DNA of 64,000 nt from Flavobacteriaceae bacterium (lineage in GTDB: Bacteria; Bacteroidota; Bacteroidia; Flavobacteriales; Flavobacteriaceae). This document shows, piece by piece, positions 28,490-38,131 of the stretch. Location: the NCBI GenBank assembly GCA_015494075.1, contig WGBX01000079.1, forward strand, positions 1,911-65,910, given 5' to 3'. Every line of letters begins with the position of its first letter. The stretch's first letter is position 1. The translations under genes and the position numbers were made by a program. The notes beneath the pieces are model-generated. The model was given only the letters and a program-made list of their open reading frames with translations. It was not told the DNA's origin and searched no databases.

Positions 28490-29565
28490 ATATAAAAATT
28501 AAAAGATATCAACCATTCATTAAACATTCACTGGCATGGATTGCCAGCCTGTTGCTATTAAAGTTCTTACAGAATCAGCCGCAATTAATCGAAAAAGTTT
28601 ATGCTGAAAAATTTTATCCTATAATAGCACTTATCAATAGGTGGCTCATGCATTTTTTTAGTTTTTCCATAGGTGATTTGTTGTATTTTGGTGGTATTTC
28701 ATATTTTATTTATCAGATTTTACTTTTAGTCATCAATTATAAAAATCCGGCTTTTCAAGCTAGAAAAATATCTGATTTTTTATTACAAACGCTTTGGATT
28801 TTTTATCTTTCATGGGGATTAAATTATTTTAGGCAACCATTAGCCGAACAACTTCATCTTTCTCAAAAAAAATATACTGCTGAGCAACTGATAAAGGTCA
28901 CCGATACACTTATAAAACAAGCAAACAGTTTACAATATCAAATAACAAATAGTGACAGTATTGCTGTTGAAATACCTTACAGTTTTGAACATATTTTAAA
29001 CAAAACACCCATAGGATATCAGAAAATAGCCTCCTATATAAAAGTAAAATATCGTGTACCTTGTATAAAACCTTCATTGTTTAGCACCCAAATTTCATAT
29101 ATGAAAGTTAGTGGTTACTTAAATCCTTTTACGGGCGAAGCTCAAGTCAATAAACTTTATCCAAAAGTTTTTCTTCCTAGCATAGCATCACATGAAGTTG
29201 CTCATCAATTAGGATTTGCGCCTGAAAACGAAGCAAATTTTTTAGGATACTTAGCAGCAAGCCACCATCCCGATCTATACTTTAAATATGCTGCGACTAT
29301 TGATGCGCTATACTATTTTTTAATTGAATTAAAACAATATGATTCTGATTTATTTAAAGAATATTTAAAAAAAATTAATATAGGTATTTTAAAAAATTAT
29401 AAAGAAGCACAAAATTTTCACAAGCGATATCGTTTTCCTATTAATTTTTCCAAAACTTATGATGCCTATTTAAAATTAAATCAACAAAAATCCGGAATAA
29501 AATCCTATAATGAAATGGTTAGCTTGGTTATAGCCTACTATTACAGACATTCAAAATCGGAATAA
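28486..29565 (+). CDS. DUF3810-like membrane protein with zinc-metallopeptidase motif
   Basis: N-terminal TM helices and a HEVAHQLGF (HExxH) motif. Its start overlaps the upstream stop (ATGA). Confidence 0.6.
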   Translation: MNIKIKRYQPFIKHSLAWIASLLLLKFLQNQPQLIEKVYAEKFYPIIALINRWLMHFFSFSIGDLLYFGGISYFIYQILLLVINYKNPAFQARKISDFLLQTLWIFYLSWGLNYFRQPLAEQLHLSQKKYTAEQLIKVTDTLIKQANSLQYQITNSDSIAVEIPYSFEHILNKTPIGYQKIASYIKVKYRVPCIKPSLFSTQISYMKVSGYLNPFTGEAQVNKLYPKVFLPSIASHEVAHQLGFAPENEANFLGYLAASHHPDLYFKYAATIDALYYFLIELKQYDSDLFKEYLKKINIGILKNYKEAQNFHKRYRFPINFSKTYDAYLKLNQQKSGIKSYNEMVSLVIAYYYRHSKSE

Positions 29566-29817
29566 TTTTAAGGGCTACAAGTAAACAATTTAGACTTGAT
29601 TTTATAATAAAATCAGCAAAACTCAATAGAAAAGACAACTGATTTTTTAAAGATAGTTTTTGTAACTAAAAATTATGAAATGCGAATTTATTCTATCATC
29701 TTTGTAAAATAACTTTTATAGAAAATTTTAAACCTAAAACAATCTTTAAAAAAGGGAATTATGTTTTAGTATGCTTCCTGCATTTTTAATAAATTTGTTA
29801 GTTTAAAGCCCTATCTT

Positions 29818-32037
29818 ATGAAGGAAAAAACGGATTATACTCCAGAAGAGCAAAAGCAAATTGAAAAAGCTTTTAATGATTTGATGCATTCGACCTATCA
29901 AAAAATTGATAGACAAGAACAAGCATTGATAAAAAAAGCTTATAAAGTAGCTTTAAAAGCTCATGATGGCCAAAGGCGAAAATCCGGTGAACCCTATATT
30001 TTTCATCCTATAAATGTAGCCCAAATTGTTGCAAAAGATATTGGTTTGGGAGCTATTTCAATTGCTTCAGCTCTACTACATGACACAGTAGAAGACACGG
30101 CACTTACACATGAAGATATTTATGAAATGTTTGGCCAAAAAATCAGCCGAATAGTTCGGGGGCTAACCAAAATAAAACAATTAAAACCCGATAAAGATTT
30201 GTCTTTGCAGGCCGAAAATTTTCGTAAAATGATATTGACACTCAATGAAGATGTAAGGGTAATTTTAATAAAAATAGCTGATCGCTTGCACAATATGCAA
30301 ACTATGGACAGCATGCCTAAATATAAACAAGAGAAAATAGCTTCAGAAACGCTTTATATTTATGCACCTTTGGCCCACAAATTAGGCTTATATAACATAA
30401 AATCACAACTAGAAGACCTTGGTTTAAAATATACCGAACCTGAAATATACCATGAAATAGAAAATAAAATAGAAGAATCAAAAGAAGAGCAAACTGCCTA
30501 TCTTGAAAAATTTAAAGATATTATCAAAAGTTCTTTAGTTGAAGAAGGTTTAGATTTTGAAATTCTGGGACGATTTAAGTCTATATTTTCCATTTATCGC
30601 AAAATGCGCACTAAAAAAGTTAGTTTTGAAGAAGTCTATGACAAATTTGCCATTCGTATTATTTATAAGTCTAATAAAACCAACGAAAAATTCTTAGCTT
30701 GGAAAATTTATTCAATAGTTACCGATCACTTCAAACCTAATCCGAGCAGATTGCGAGACTGGATTTCACATCCTAAATCAACAGGTTACGAAGCTTTACA
30801 CACTACAGTTATGGGACCTGAAAAAAAATGGGTCGAAGTTCAAATTCGCTCAGAAAGAATGAATGAAATAGCTGAAAAAGGTTATGCAGCTCATTATAAA
30901 TATAAACATGGTTCTAAAGGAGAAATAGGTATCGAAGGCTGGCTAAACAAATTAAAAGATTTACTTGAAAATCAGGATGACAATGCCGTGGATTTTATTG
31001 AAGATTTTAAATTAAATCTGTTTGCCAAAGAAATTTTTGTGTTAACTCCTGATGGCGATATTATATCACTTCCAAAAAATGCCACACCTCTTGATTTTGC
31101 TTTCAGTATTCATACTGATATAGGCAAGCATTGCCGCGGTGCCATAGTCAACGGCAAGCTAGTCCAACTCAACTACCGGCTTCGTAGTGGTGATGTGGTA
31201 AAAGTTATTACTTCCCCTACACAAAAACCAAGACGCAACTGGTTAGATTTTGTCGTAACAGGACGTGCAAAATCAAAAATTAAAACTTATCTCAAACAAG
31301 AACAAAATGATATCATTGAAGAAGGTAAAGAAATTTTGCAGCGCAAACTCAAACAACTCAAAATTAAATTTAATGAAAATACGATTAATAATTTAGTAAA
31401 TTTTTTCAATTTAAAAACCAGTAAAGATTTATTTTATAATGTTGGCGCCGGTATTATAGATAACAAAATGTTAAAAAACTTTGCTTCGGCGCGTTCAAAT
31501 GTTTTGTTTGACTTCTTCAAGAAAAAATTAAGACGTAAACCTTCCAAATTTCAAACTTCAAAGGATGATATCTCACTTAATTATGACACTATAGTATTCG
31601 GCCCAGACGAACAACAACTCGATTATAAATTAGCCAATTGTTGCAATCCTATTCCGGGAGATGATATTTTTGGTTTTACGACAATTAATGAAGGTATTAA
31701 AGTTCATAAAAAAAGTTGCCCAAATGCTTTAAGTTTGCATTCCAATTATGCATACCGTATACTATCGGCCCGCTGGATAGATTCTTCCAAACATGATTTT
31801 ATAGTTCATTTAAAAATAAAAGGATTTGATCGTCCGGGCATGGCAAAAGATATCACCAGACTTATTACTGATGATGAACAGCTCAATATGAAAAATGTCA
31901 ATTTAAAAGAGCAAGGCGGTATTTTTGAAGGCGACATTGCATTGTACATCAAAAACACAGATCATTTAAAACAAGTCATTAAAGATTTAAAGAAGATTGA
32001 AGGTGTTGAAAAGGTATTACGAGTAGAAAAATTTTAA
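29818..32037 (+). CDS. rel: Bifunctional (p)ppGpp synthetase/hydrolase (RelA/SpoT homologue)
   Basis: HD hydrolase domain (HPINVA...LLHDTVEDT), synthetase domain (YRKMR...DKFAIRIIY...YEALHTTV), TGS domain and ACT domain. Confidence 0.95.
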   Translation: MKEKTDYTPEEQKQIEKAFNDLMHSTYQKIDRQEQALIKKAYKVALKAHDGQRRKSGEPYIFHPINVAQIVAKDIGLGAISIASALLHDTVEDTALTHEDIYEMFGQKISRIVRGLTKIKQLKPDKDLSLQAENFRKMILTLNEDVRVILIKIADRLHNMQTMDSMPKYKQEKIASETLYIYAPLAHKLGLYNIKSQLEDLGLKYTEPEIYHEIENKIEESKEEQTAYLEKFKDIIKSSLVEEGLDFEILGRFKSIFSIYRKMRTKKVSFEEVYDKFAIRIIYKSNKTNEKFLAWKIYSIVTDHFKPNPSRLRDWISHPKSTGYEALHTTVMGPEKKWVEVQIRSERMNEIAEKGYAAHYKYKHGSKGEIGIEGWLNKLKDLLENQDDNAVDFIEDFKLNLFAKEIFVLTPDGDIISLPKNATPLDFAFSIHTDIGKHCRGAIVNGKLVQLNYRLRSGDVVKVITSPTQKPRRNWLDFVVTGRAKSKIKTYLKQEQNDIIEEGKEILQRKLKQLKIKFNENTINNLVNFFNLKTSKDLFYNVGAGIIDNKMLKNFASARSNVLFDFFKKKLRRKPSKFQTSKDDISLNYDTIVFGPDEQQLDYKLANCCNPIPGDDIFGFTTINEGIKVHKKSCPNALSLHSNYAYRILSARWIDSSKHDFIVHLKIKGFDRPGMAKDITRLITDDEQLNMKNVNLKEQGGIFEGDIALYIKNTDHLKQVIKDLKKIEGVEKVLRVEKF

Positions 32038-32079
32038 AATAATTCTGTATATTTATCGTTTATAATTTAAAGTCACTGT

Positions 32080-33099
32080 ATGCGGGGGCATCTCTTACTA
32101 ATCATACTCTTTATCAGCACTTTTACCTACGGGCAAATAGGTGGTAAAACCATTTTCAATTTTTTAAATTTAGCTGTTTCCGCCAAACAAGCAGCCTTAG
32201 GAGGCAAAATATATACCGGCTTAAAATCAGATATTTTTCAACCGGCTTTTAATCCTGCCACATTAAATACAAACATTAATGGTAAACTAGGTCTGAATTA
32301 CACCGATTATTTAAGTGATATTAATTATGGCAATGTCGCTTATGCACCGGCAATAAAAAAAATAGGCACACTTTATTTTGCACTGAGTTATATCAATTAC
32401 GGAAGTTTTACATATGCCGATGAAAATGGTAACAGAACCGGACAATTTGGAGCTAGTGAAGGCGCTTTAATCACAGGATATGCCTATCATTTTCCACAAT
32501 CAAATTGGCATGCCGGCCTTAATATGAAATTTGTGTTATCCAGTCTTGAAAATTATTCATCAACTGCTATAATATTTGATTTGGGTATATTATATCAAAA
32601 TTCAGAAAAAGGCTTAAACTTTGGTTTAGTAGCTCGTAATGCCGGTTTTCAACTATCAACATATCAAGGTCAGAAAGAAGATTTACCTTTAGAATTGGGA
32701 CTAACATTTTCAAAAACCTTTAAGCATGCTCCTTTTAAATGGTTTATTAGCTTTGAAAATTTACAAATTACAGATTTAGCCTTTAACAATCCGGCGCATA
32801 ATATTGAAGATCCAAACGGCAATATTATTACAGAAAATACTAATTTTGCAGATGAAATTTTCCGACATACTATCATAAGTGTCGAATTGTTTCCCAGAAA
32901 AAAATTTAATTTAAGAGCAGGCTACAATTTTAGACGTAGTGCAGAACTAAGCCAAAAAGATGAACGTTTTGGCAGTGGTCTTAATTTTGGCTTTAGCTTA
33001 CAGTTACGTAAAGTCGAAATAAATTATGCCTACAGCAATTACAACTATGCCGCCGGCGCCAACTTTGTGAGTTTAACCCTGAATTTAAATGAATTATAG
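32080..33099 (+). CDS. porQ: Type IX secretion system protein PorQ (PorV/PorQ beta-barrel family)
   Basis: Signal peptide and GGKTIFNFLNLAVSAKQAALGG, a PorV/PorQ-type N-terminus. About 340 aa, immediately upstream of cmk, an arrangement I recall for porQ. Confidence 0.6.
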   Translation: MRGHLLLIILFISTFTYGQIGGKTIFNFLNLAVSAKQAALGGKIYTGLKSDIFQPAFNPATLNTNINGKLGLNYTDYLSDINYGNVAYAPAIKKIGTLYFALSYINYGSFTYADENGNRTGQFGASEGALITGYAYHFPQSNWHAGLNMKFVLSSLENYSSTAIIFDLGILYQNSEKGLNFGLVARNAGFQLSTYQGQKEDLPLELGLTFSKTFKHAPFKWFISFENLQITDLAFNNPAHNIEDPNGNIITENTNFADEIFRHTIISVELFPRKKFNLRAGYNFRRSAELSQKDERFGSGLNFGFSLQLRKVEINYAYSNYNYAAGANFVSLTLNLNEL

Positions 33100-33102
33100 T
33101 AC

Positions 33103-33819
33103 ATGAAAAATGATATCATAATAGCCATAGACGGATATTCATCAACCGGAAAAAGCACCCTTGCCAAACAAATTGCTAAAGCTTTAAACTATATATATAT
33201 CGACACAGGAGCAATGTACCGTGCCGTTACATTTTATGCCCTAAAAAACAACTTAATTTCTCCTAAGCATTTCAATAAAACACAACTTATTAAAGACCTT
33301 GATAATATTGATATCGATTTTAAATATAATCCTGAAAAAGGCTTTGCCGAAGTCTATTTAAACGGTAAAAATATTGAATCGGAAATTAGAAAAATGCAGG
33401 TTTCAAATTTTGTTAGTGACATTGCCGCTATACCCGAAGTGCGACAAAAATTGGTAGCACAACAACGTCAAATCGGACAAAAAAAAGGTGTTGTAATGGA
33501 TGGCCGTGACATAGGATCTGTTGTCTTTCCGGATGCAGAATTGAAAATATTTATGACAGCTGACCCAAACATACGCGCACAAAGACGCTATCAAGAACTA
33601 AAAAACAAAGGACTTGATATAAATCTACAAGAAGTCTTAGATAATGTAAAAAAACGTGATAAAATAGATTCTGAAAGAAGCACTTCTCCTTTGATTCAAA
33701 CGCCTGATGCAATCAAAATAGACAATAGCAATTTAACGCGAAAACAACAATATGAAATGGTGTTAAATTTAGCAAAACAAAAAATAGAAACTAACAAAAC
33801 AGCTTCATCTAAGAACTAA
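33103..33819 (+). CDS. cmk: Cytidylate kinase
   Basis: IAIDGYSSTGKST P-loop, TGAMYRA and VMDGRDIG motifs. Confidence 0.95.
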   Translation: MKNDIIIAIDGYSSTGKSTLAKQIAKALNYIYIDTGAMYRAVTFYALKNNLISPKHFNKTQLIKDLDNIDIDFKYNPEKGFAEVYLNGKNIESEIRKMQVSNFVSDIAAIPEVRQKLVAQQRQIGQKKGVVMDGRDIGSVVFPDAELKIFMTADPNIRAQRRYQELKNKGLDINLQEVLDNVKKRDKIDSERSTSPLIQTPDAIKIDNSNLTRKQQYEMVLNLAKQKIETNKTASSKN

Positions 33820-33860
33820 ATCAAAGGTTAGATAAAACATTTATGCCCATGTTTTTTATG

Positions 33861-33868
33861 TATTTTTG
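33861..33868 (+). promoter_or_regulatory. Candidate -7 promoter box (TATTTTTG) for the Crp/Fnr regulator gene
   Basis: TAnnTTTG match only 6 nt upstream of ATG 33875. Its last bases form the TTG used by the ORF track. Confidence 0.4.
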
Positions 33869-33874
33869 CAACTT

Positions 33875-34438
33875 ATGAAATTAGAAAAATTTATCCAATC
33901 GGTTGTAGACATGCCTCAGTCTGTATTACAAGAAATGTGTGGCTATTTTAAAAAAGTAAATTTACCAAAAGGAACACAGATCCTTGAACAAGGACAAACC
34001 TGTAAAAAATTATATTTTATTGAAAAAGGCTTGGCACGTAGTTATTATTATAATGAAAAAGGAAAAGATGTTACCGTATGGTTTTTTAGTGACAACAACC
34101 TCATGGTAAGTGTCGAAAGTTTTTTTCAACAAAAACCAAGTCTATACCAAATGGAATTGTTGGAAAATAGCATTACATATGAAATTTCTTACGATAATCT
34201 ACAAAAACTTTTTGATAGATATCACTGTGTAGAACGTTTTGGCCGCCGTGTATCTATTGATTTGTTAACAGATTTAGTTGATAAACTTAATGCCATTCAG
34301 TTTCAAACAGCCAAAGAGCGTTATGCATTTCTAATTGACAAATACCCTGATATAGCCTACCGCGCGCCCTTAGGCCACATTGCATCTTATTTAGGTATCA
34401 CCCAAGAAACCTTAAGCCGAATTCGGTCCGAAATCTAA
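33875..34438 (+). CDS. Crp/Fnr family transcriptional regulator
   Basis: cNMP-binding beta-barrel (LPKGTQILEQGQTCKKLYFIEKGLAR) and C-terminal HTH (IASYLGITQETLSRIRS). Confidence 0.8.
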   Translation: MKLEKFIQSVVDMPQSVLQEMCGYFKKVNLPKGTQILEQGQTCKKLYFIEKGLARSYYYNEKGKDVTVWFFSDNNLMVSVESFFQQKPSLYQMELLENSITYEISYDNLQKLFDRYHCVERFGRRVSIDLLTDLVDKLNAIQFQTAKERYAFLIDKYPDIAYRAPLGHIASYLGITQETLSRIRSEI

Positions 34439-34478
34439 TTTTTTGATATAGGTCAAAAGATTTAATAGTCTTCCATCC

Positions 34479-34486
34479 TAATTTTG
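34479..34486 (+). promoter_or_regulatory. Candidate -7 promoter box (TAATTTTG) for the tolC-hlyD-ABC2 operon
   Basis: TAnnTTTG match 34 nt upstream of ATG 34521. Confidence 0.45.
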
Positions 34487-34520
34487 CATCCTGTTATTAG
34501 AAACAATAAATGTTTGTAAA

Positions 34521-35903
34521 ATGAAGGATGGAAAAAAAATAATACTATTACTAACTATCTTATGGAGCTGGTCACAACCGGTTTTAAGTCAAAGTTTTGA
34601 CCCTATTTTAAAAAAACTGATTGTTAAGGCTATTGATAAAAATCATGATATCAAAATTGATGAATACAAAATTAAACAAACCCAAATTGATCGACAAAAA
34701 GCTTATAAAACATTTTTGCCACATTTAAGTTTAAATGCATCTTATACACATTTAAATGACGCCATTATTCTAGATCCACAACTACAATTACTTTTACTAG
34801 GGACCGAAAAATTACTCATTAAAGAACAATTAGGTATACCTTTTAATGCAGCATTACCACCAAACATACCAGTAAGTGACATTCCGCCTATTACAAATCA
34901 AAATCTGTTAAAATCATCGGCAGATATACATTGGGTTATCTTTAGTGGTTTTGAGGCTAGTTATGCTATTAAAGCTACAAAGCATAAAGAAAAAGCTTTG
35001 ACTTACGCCAAAAAAATAGCCTTGAAAAATACCATTAAAGAAGTGGCAAATACTTATGATCAATTAGCCTTACTCGAAGCATCTGAAAAAGTTTTAAAGG
35101 CTGCACAAAAACAATTAAACCTACAAGAAAAAAAAGCTAAATCTGCTTTAAAAAATGGATTAGCCATACAACTAGACCTAAAACGTATTGCTTTAGCGCG
35201 ACAAAACCTTAATATTAAACGCAATGATTTGCAAAGACAAAAAGTCTTGTTACAAACCAAATTGATACAATTAACCGGCGAAAATACGCCTGTAATAAAA
35301 GCGCTTCACCCTGATTTAAAACCACTTTTACTTCCTGAAAGCATTATAGACAAAACAATAAAACCCATCGAAATAAGCAGTTTGGAAGAAGCTGTAAAAG
35401 CCAAAAATTACCAACAAAAAATGTCTTATAGCAAATATATTCCCAAAATTGCTATAAAAGGACATTATGAACTCACAGACAAAGATCTGTCAATGCTTGA
35501 CCCAAAATGGTATGTTGCCATTGGCGCAAAATGGCAATTATTTGATGGCTTAAAAGCTTATGATAATGCTCGCAAAACCAAACTGGAAGCAAAAATCTAT
35601 CAAGAAAAAATTGTACAAACACGTGATCTACTAAACCTTGCCACCAAAAATGCCAAATTAAATTATGAAATAGGTTTAAAAGAAATTGACATGCAACATC
35701 AGGCTGTTGATTTAGCCAAATCAACTTATGATATGGTTAGTAAACAATACAAAAACGGGTTAACAGATATCACAAAAGTCTTGACAGCATTAACTAACTG
35801 GCAAACAGCAAATTTTAACTTACAAAAAGCTTATTACCAACAAAGACAAGCTGCCATTGAACTATTATATCGTAAAGATTTGTTAGATATTATAAATAAC
35901 TAA
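34521..35903 (+). CDS. TolC-family outer membrane efflux protein
   Basis: Signal peptide, two repeated coiled-coil/beta modules, about 460 aa. It is followed by an HlyD-type adaptor. Confidence 0.8.
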   Translation: MKDGKKIILLLTILWSWSQPVLSQSFDPILKKLIVKAIDKNHDIKIDEYKIKQTQIDRQKAYKTFLPHLSLNASYTHLNDAIILDPQLQLLLLGTEKLLIKEQLGIPFNAALPPNIPVSDIPPITNQNLLKSSADIHWVIFSGFEASYAIKATKHKEKALTYAKKIALKNTIKEVANTYDQLALLEASEKVLKAAQKQLNLQEKKAKSALKNGLAIQLDLKRIALARQNLNIKRNDLQRQKVLLQTKLIQLTGENTPVIKALHPDLKPLLLPESIIDKTIKPIEISSLEEAVKAKNYQQKMSYSKYIPKIAIKGHYELTDKDLSMLDPKWYVAIGAKWQLFDGLKAYDNARKTKLEAKIYQEKIVQTRDLLNLATKNAKLNYEIGLKEIDMQHQAVDLAKSTYDMVSKQYKNGLTDITKVLTALTNWQTANFNLQKAYYQQRQAAIELLYRKDLLDIINN

Positions 35904-35911
35904 AAGTGAAT

Positions 35912-36877
35912 ATGAGCCTTATGAAAAGAATTTTAAACATTATCATCATCTTACTCGTCCTGACCTCAACTGCTTGCAGCAGAAATCATAAAATAACTGA
36001 ATTACGAGGAAAAGTAAAACAAGAAACTATTTACTTGAGTAGTAAAGTTCCCGGACGCATTGCACAAATAAATATAAAAGAAGGGCAAATAGTACACAAA
36101 GGAGACACTTTACTTGTATTAAACATTCCTGAAATTGAAGCCAAATATGAACAAGCACAAGGTGCTGTACAAGCTGCTAAAGCACAATTGCGCATGGCTT
36201 ACAATGGTGCAACTATAGAACAAGTAAAACAAATAGATGGAAAATTAGCAGCGGCTCAAGCGCAGCTGGCTTTTGCAGAAGATTCATACAAACGTTTGCA
36301 AAATATGGCCAAAGACTCATTAGTACCAATACAAAAATTAGATGAAGTAAAAATGAAATGGAAAATGGCTAAAGCTCAAGTTGCAGCTTTGCAAGCCAAA
36401 CAAAAAGAAGTTTTAAAAGGAACTCGAAAAGAAATTATTGAACAAGCAAAAGGGCAGCTAAAAAGAGCTTTGGGCAAATTAAAAGAAGTTAAAACCGCAT
36501 TATCAGAAAAGTATTTGATTGCACCTCAGGATATGCATATTGCAACCATTAGCTTGCAAAAAGGCGAATTAGCAACACCGGGGTATAGTTTAATTGCTGG
36601 ATATTTACCTCAAAAAACTTATATCCGCTTAACTATTCCGGAATCCAAAATTCATCAATATAAAGTAAATCAAACACTTATTTTGACTGATCCATACACT
36701 AAGAAAAATTTTAAAGGACAAATTGCGGCCATCATACAACTCCCACGTTACGCCGATATAACAGCGCCGTCAGAAGCTTACCAATTGACTGAATCTGTTT
36801 ACGAATTAAAAATTGTACCTGTCAATAAACAAGACACACGGAATCTTTATCAAAATGCAACGATATTGGTAAAATAA
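35912..36877 (+). CDS. HlyD-family membrane fusion (periplasmic adaptor) protein
   Basis: N-terminal anchor/lipobox-like LTSTACS, a lipoyl-like segment (GRIAQINIKEGQIVHKGDTLLVL) and a long Ala/Gln-rich coiled-coil hairpin. ATG 35912 is preferred over GTG 35906. Confidence 0.8.
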   Translation: MSLMKRILNIIIILLVLTSTACSRNHKITELRGKVKQETIYLSSKVPGRIAQINIKEGQIVHKGDTLLVLNIPEIEAKYEQAQGAVQAAKAQLRMAYNGATIEQVKQIDGKLAAAQAQLAFAEDSYKRLQNMAKDSLVPIQKLDEVKMKWKMAKAQVAALQAKQKEVLKGTRKEIIEQAKGQLKRALGKLKEVKTALSEKYLIAPQDMHIATISLQKGELATPGYSLIAGYLPQKTYIRLTIPESKIHQYKVNQTLILTDPYTKKNFKGQIAAIIQLPRYADITAPSEAYQLTESVYELKIVPVNKQDTRNLYQNATILVK

Positions 36878-38049
36878 TGAGTATGAAAACATTTATTAAA
36901 TTACTTAAAAATGAATTTAAACGCATTTTTCAAAATGATGTCGTAATGGCCATATTTTTCGGTGCTCCTTTGGCTTATGGACTTTTGTTTGGATATGTTT
37001 ATCAAAAGGCCAAAGTCACCAATATTCCTATTATAGTGGTTGATGAAGACCATACTCCTTTGTCCGATAAAATAATAGAAGCTTTAAATGATAATGAAAC
37101 ACTTAAAGTAGTAAAAGTTTATTTTGAAAAAAGTGATATTAAAGATCTAATGATTAAAAATGCTTATGCTGCTGTTATTGAAATACCAACAAATTTCGAA
37201 AAAAATATTTTACAAAAAAGATATCCGGAGATCAATATAGAATTGGATATGAGTAATATCTTAATTGCCAATTTTGCCAGTAAAAACATTCAAAAAGTAC
37301 TACAAACTCTAAAAGCAGGTATCGAAATTGAAACCCTAAAAAAACAAGGCATGCCGGTAGCTCAGGCATACCAAAATTTTGAAGCTTTTAAAACCAACTA
37401 CCATAAGCTTTATAACCCTAATAGCAATTATGAATACTTTATGCTACCGGGACTTTTGGGAGCTATTATGCAACAGGTAATTTTTTTGGCTATGGCGCTG
37501 GTTTTTGCCCGTGATTTTGAAGATGGTTATTTTATAAAACTGTTAAACGTTAGTAAAAACCCTTTGTATTTAATGGCTCTAAAAGCTACACCTTTTATAC
37601 TGTTCTCTATAATTAACTGGACTATTTTAGCCATGTTTTTAAGTTGGTTCAAGGTTGATTTAAACTTATACAATTTTTCTATGCTGATTTTGACCGGCTT
37701 ATTAACCATTGCAGCAATGTTAATAGGAATGTTATTTTCTATTTTAATTCCTAATCAATTAAAAGCTACCGAATTTCTAATGGTAATTTCAACACCGGCT
37801 TTTATTTTAAGTGGATTTACTTGGCCGATAATGGCTATGCCTTCGTGGATTCAAAATATATCCAATTGGATTCCATTGACTCCCTTTTTAAATGCAAGCA
37901 AAAAAATTGCCTTTTATGGTGGTAATATCTATCATATTAGTCAGGAAATTAAACAATTATTATCTATTAGTATTGTTTCTTTTATTCTGCTACTAATTAG
38001 TTTAAAAGTCAAAATATCTCAACAAGAGAAAAAAAATATGGAAAAGTAG
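36877..38049 (+). CDS. ABC-2 type transporter permease (YhhJ/YbhS-like)
   Basis: One N-terminal TM helix, a large extracytoplasmic loop, then five C-terminal TM helices. Its start overlaps the adaptor stop by 1 nt. Confidence 0.75.
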   Translation: MSMKTFIKLLKNEFKRIFQNDVVMAIFFGAPLAYGLLFGYVYQKAKVTNIPIIVVDEDHTPLSDKIIEALNDNETLKVVKVYFEKSDIKDLMIKNAYAAVIEIPTNFEKNILQKRYPEINIELDMSNILIANFASKNIQKVLQTLKAGIEIETLKKQGMPVAQAYQNFEAFKTNYHKLYNPNSNYEYFMLPGLLGAIMQQVIFLAMALVFARDFEDGYFIKLLNVSKNPLYLMALKATPFILFSIINWTILAMFLSWFKVDLNLYNFSMLILTGLLTIAAMLIGMLFSILIPNQLKATEFLMVISTPAFILSGFTWPIMAMPSWIQNISNWIPLTPFLNASKKIAFYGGNIYHISQEIKQLLSISIVSFILLLISLKVKISQQEKKNMEK

Positions 38050-38074
38050 TTTTTTTCATAGTTAGTTAAGTTGA

Positions 38075-38109
38075 AAAAGGGCTGGTCAATATTTTTGGCC
38101 AGCCCTTTT
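38075..38109. terminator. Bidirectional hairpin terminator between the ABC-2 permease gene and ftcD
   Basis: AAAAGGGCTGGTC-loop-GGCCAGCCCTTTT. GC-rich stem with one G.U, flanked by an A-run and a T-run. Confidence 0.8.
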
Positions 38110-38131
38110 AATTATTAGTTATAAATGTGTC

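Noticed and set aside
29675-29707. 10-codon upstream ORF (MKCEFILSSL) in the relA/spoT leader as a possible leader peptide.
   Set aside because: Tiny ORFs are expected by chance in 252 bp of AT-rich DNA. There is no attenuator-like alternative pairing and no tell-tale codon run.
34471-34533. 8-bp inverted repeat TTCCATCC ... GGATGGAA bracketing the tolC promoter and start codon, as a possible start-codon-sequestering structure.
   Set aside because: The left arm lies upstream of the -7 box and so is probably not transcribed. An 8-bp match at 47-nt spacing is weak evidence.
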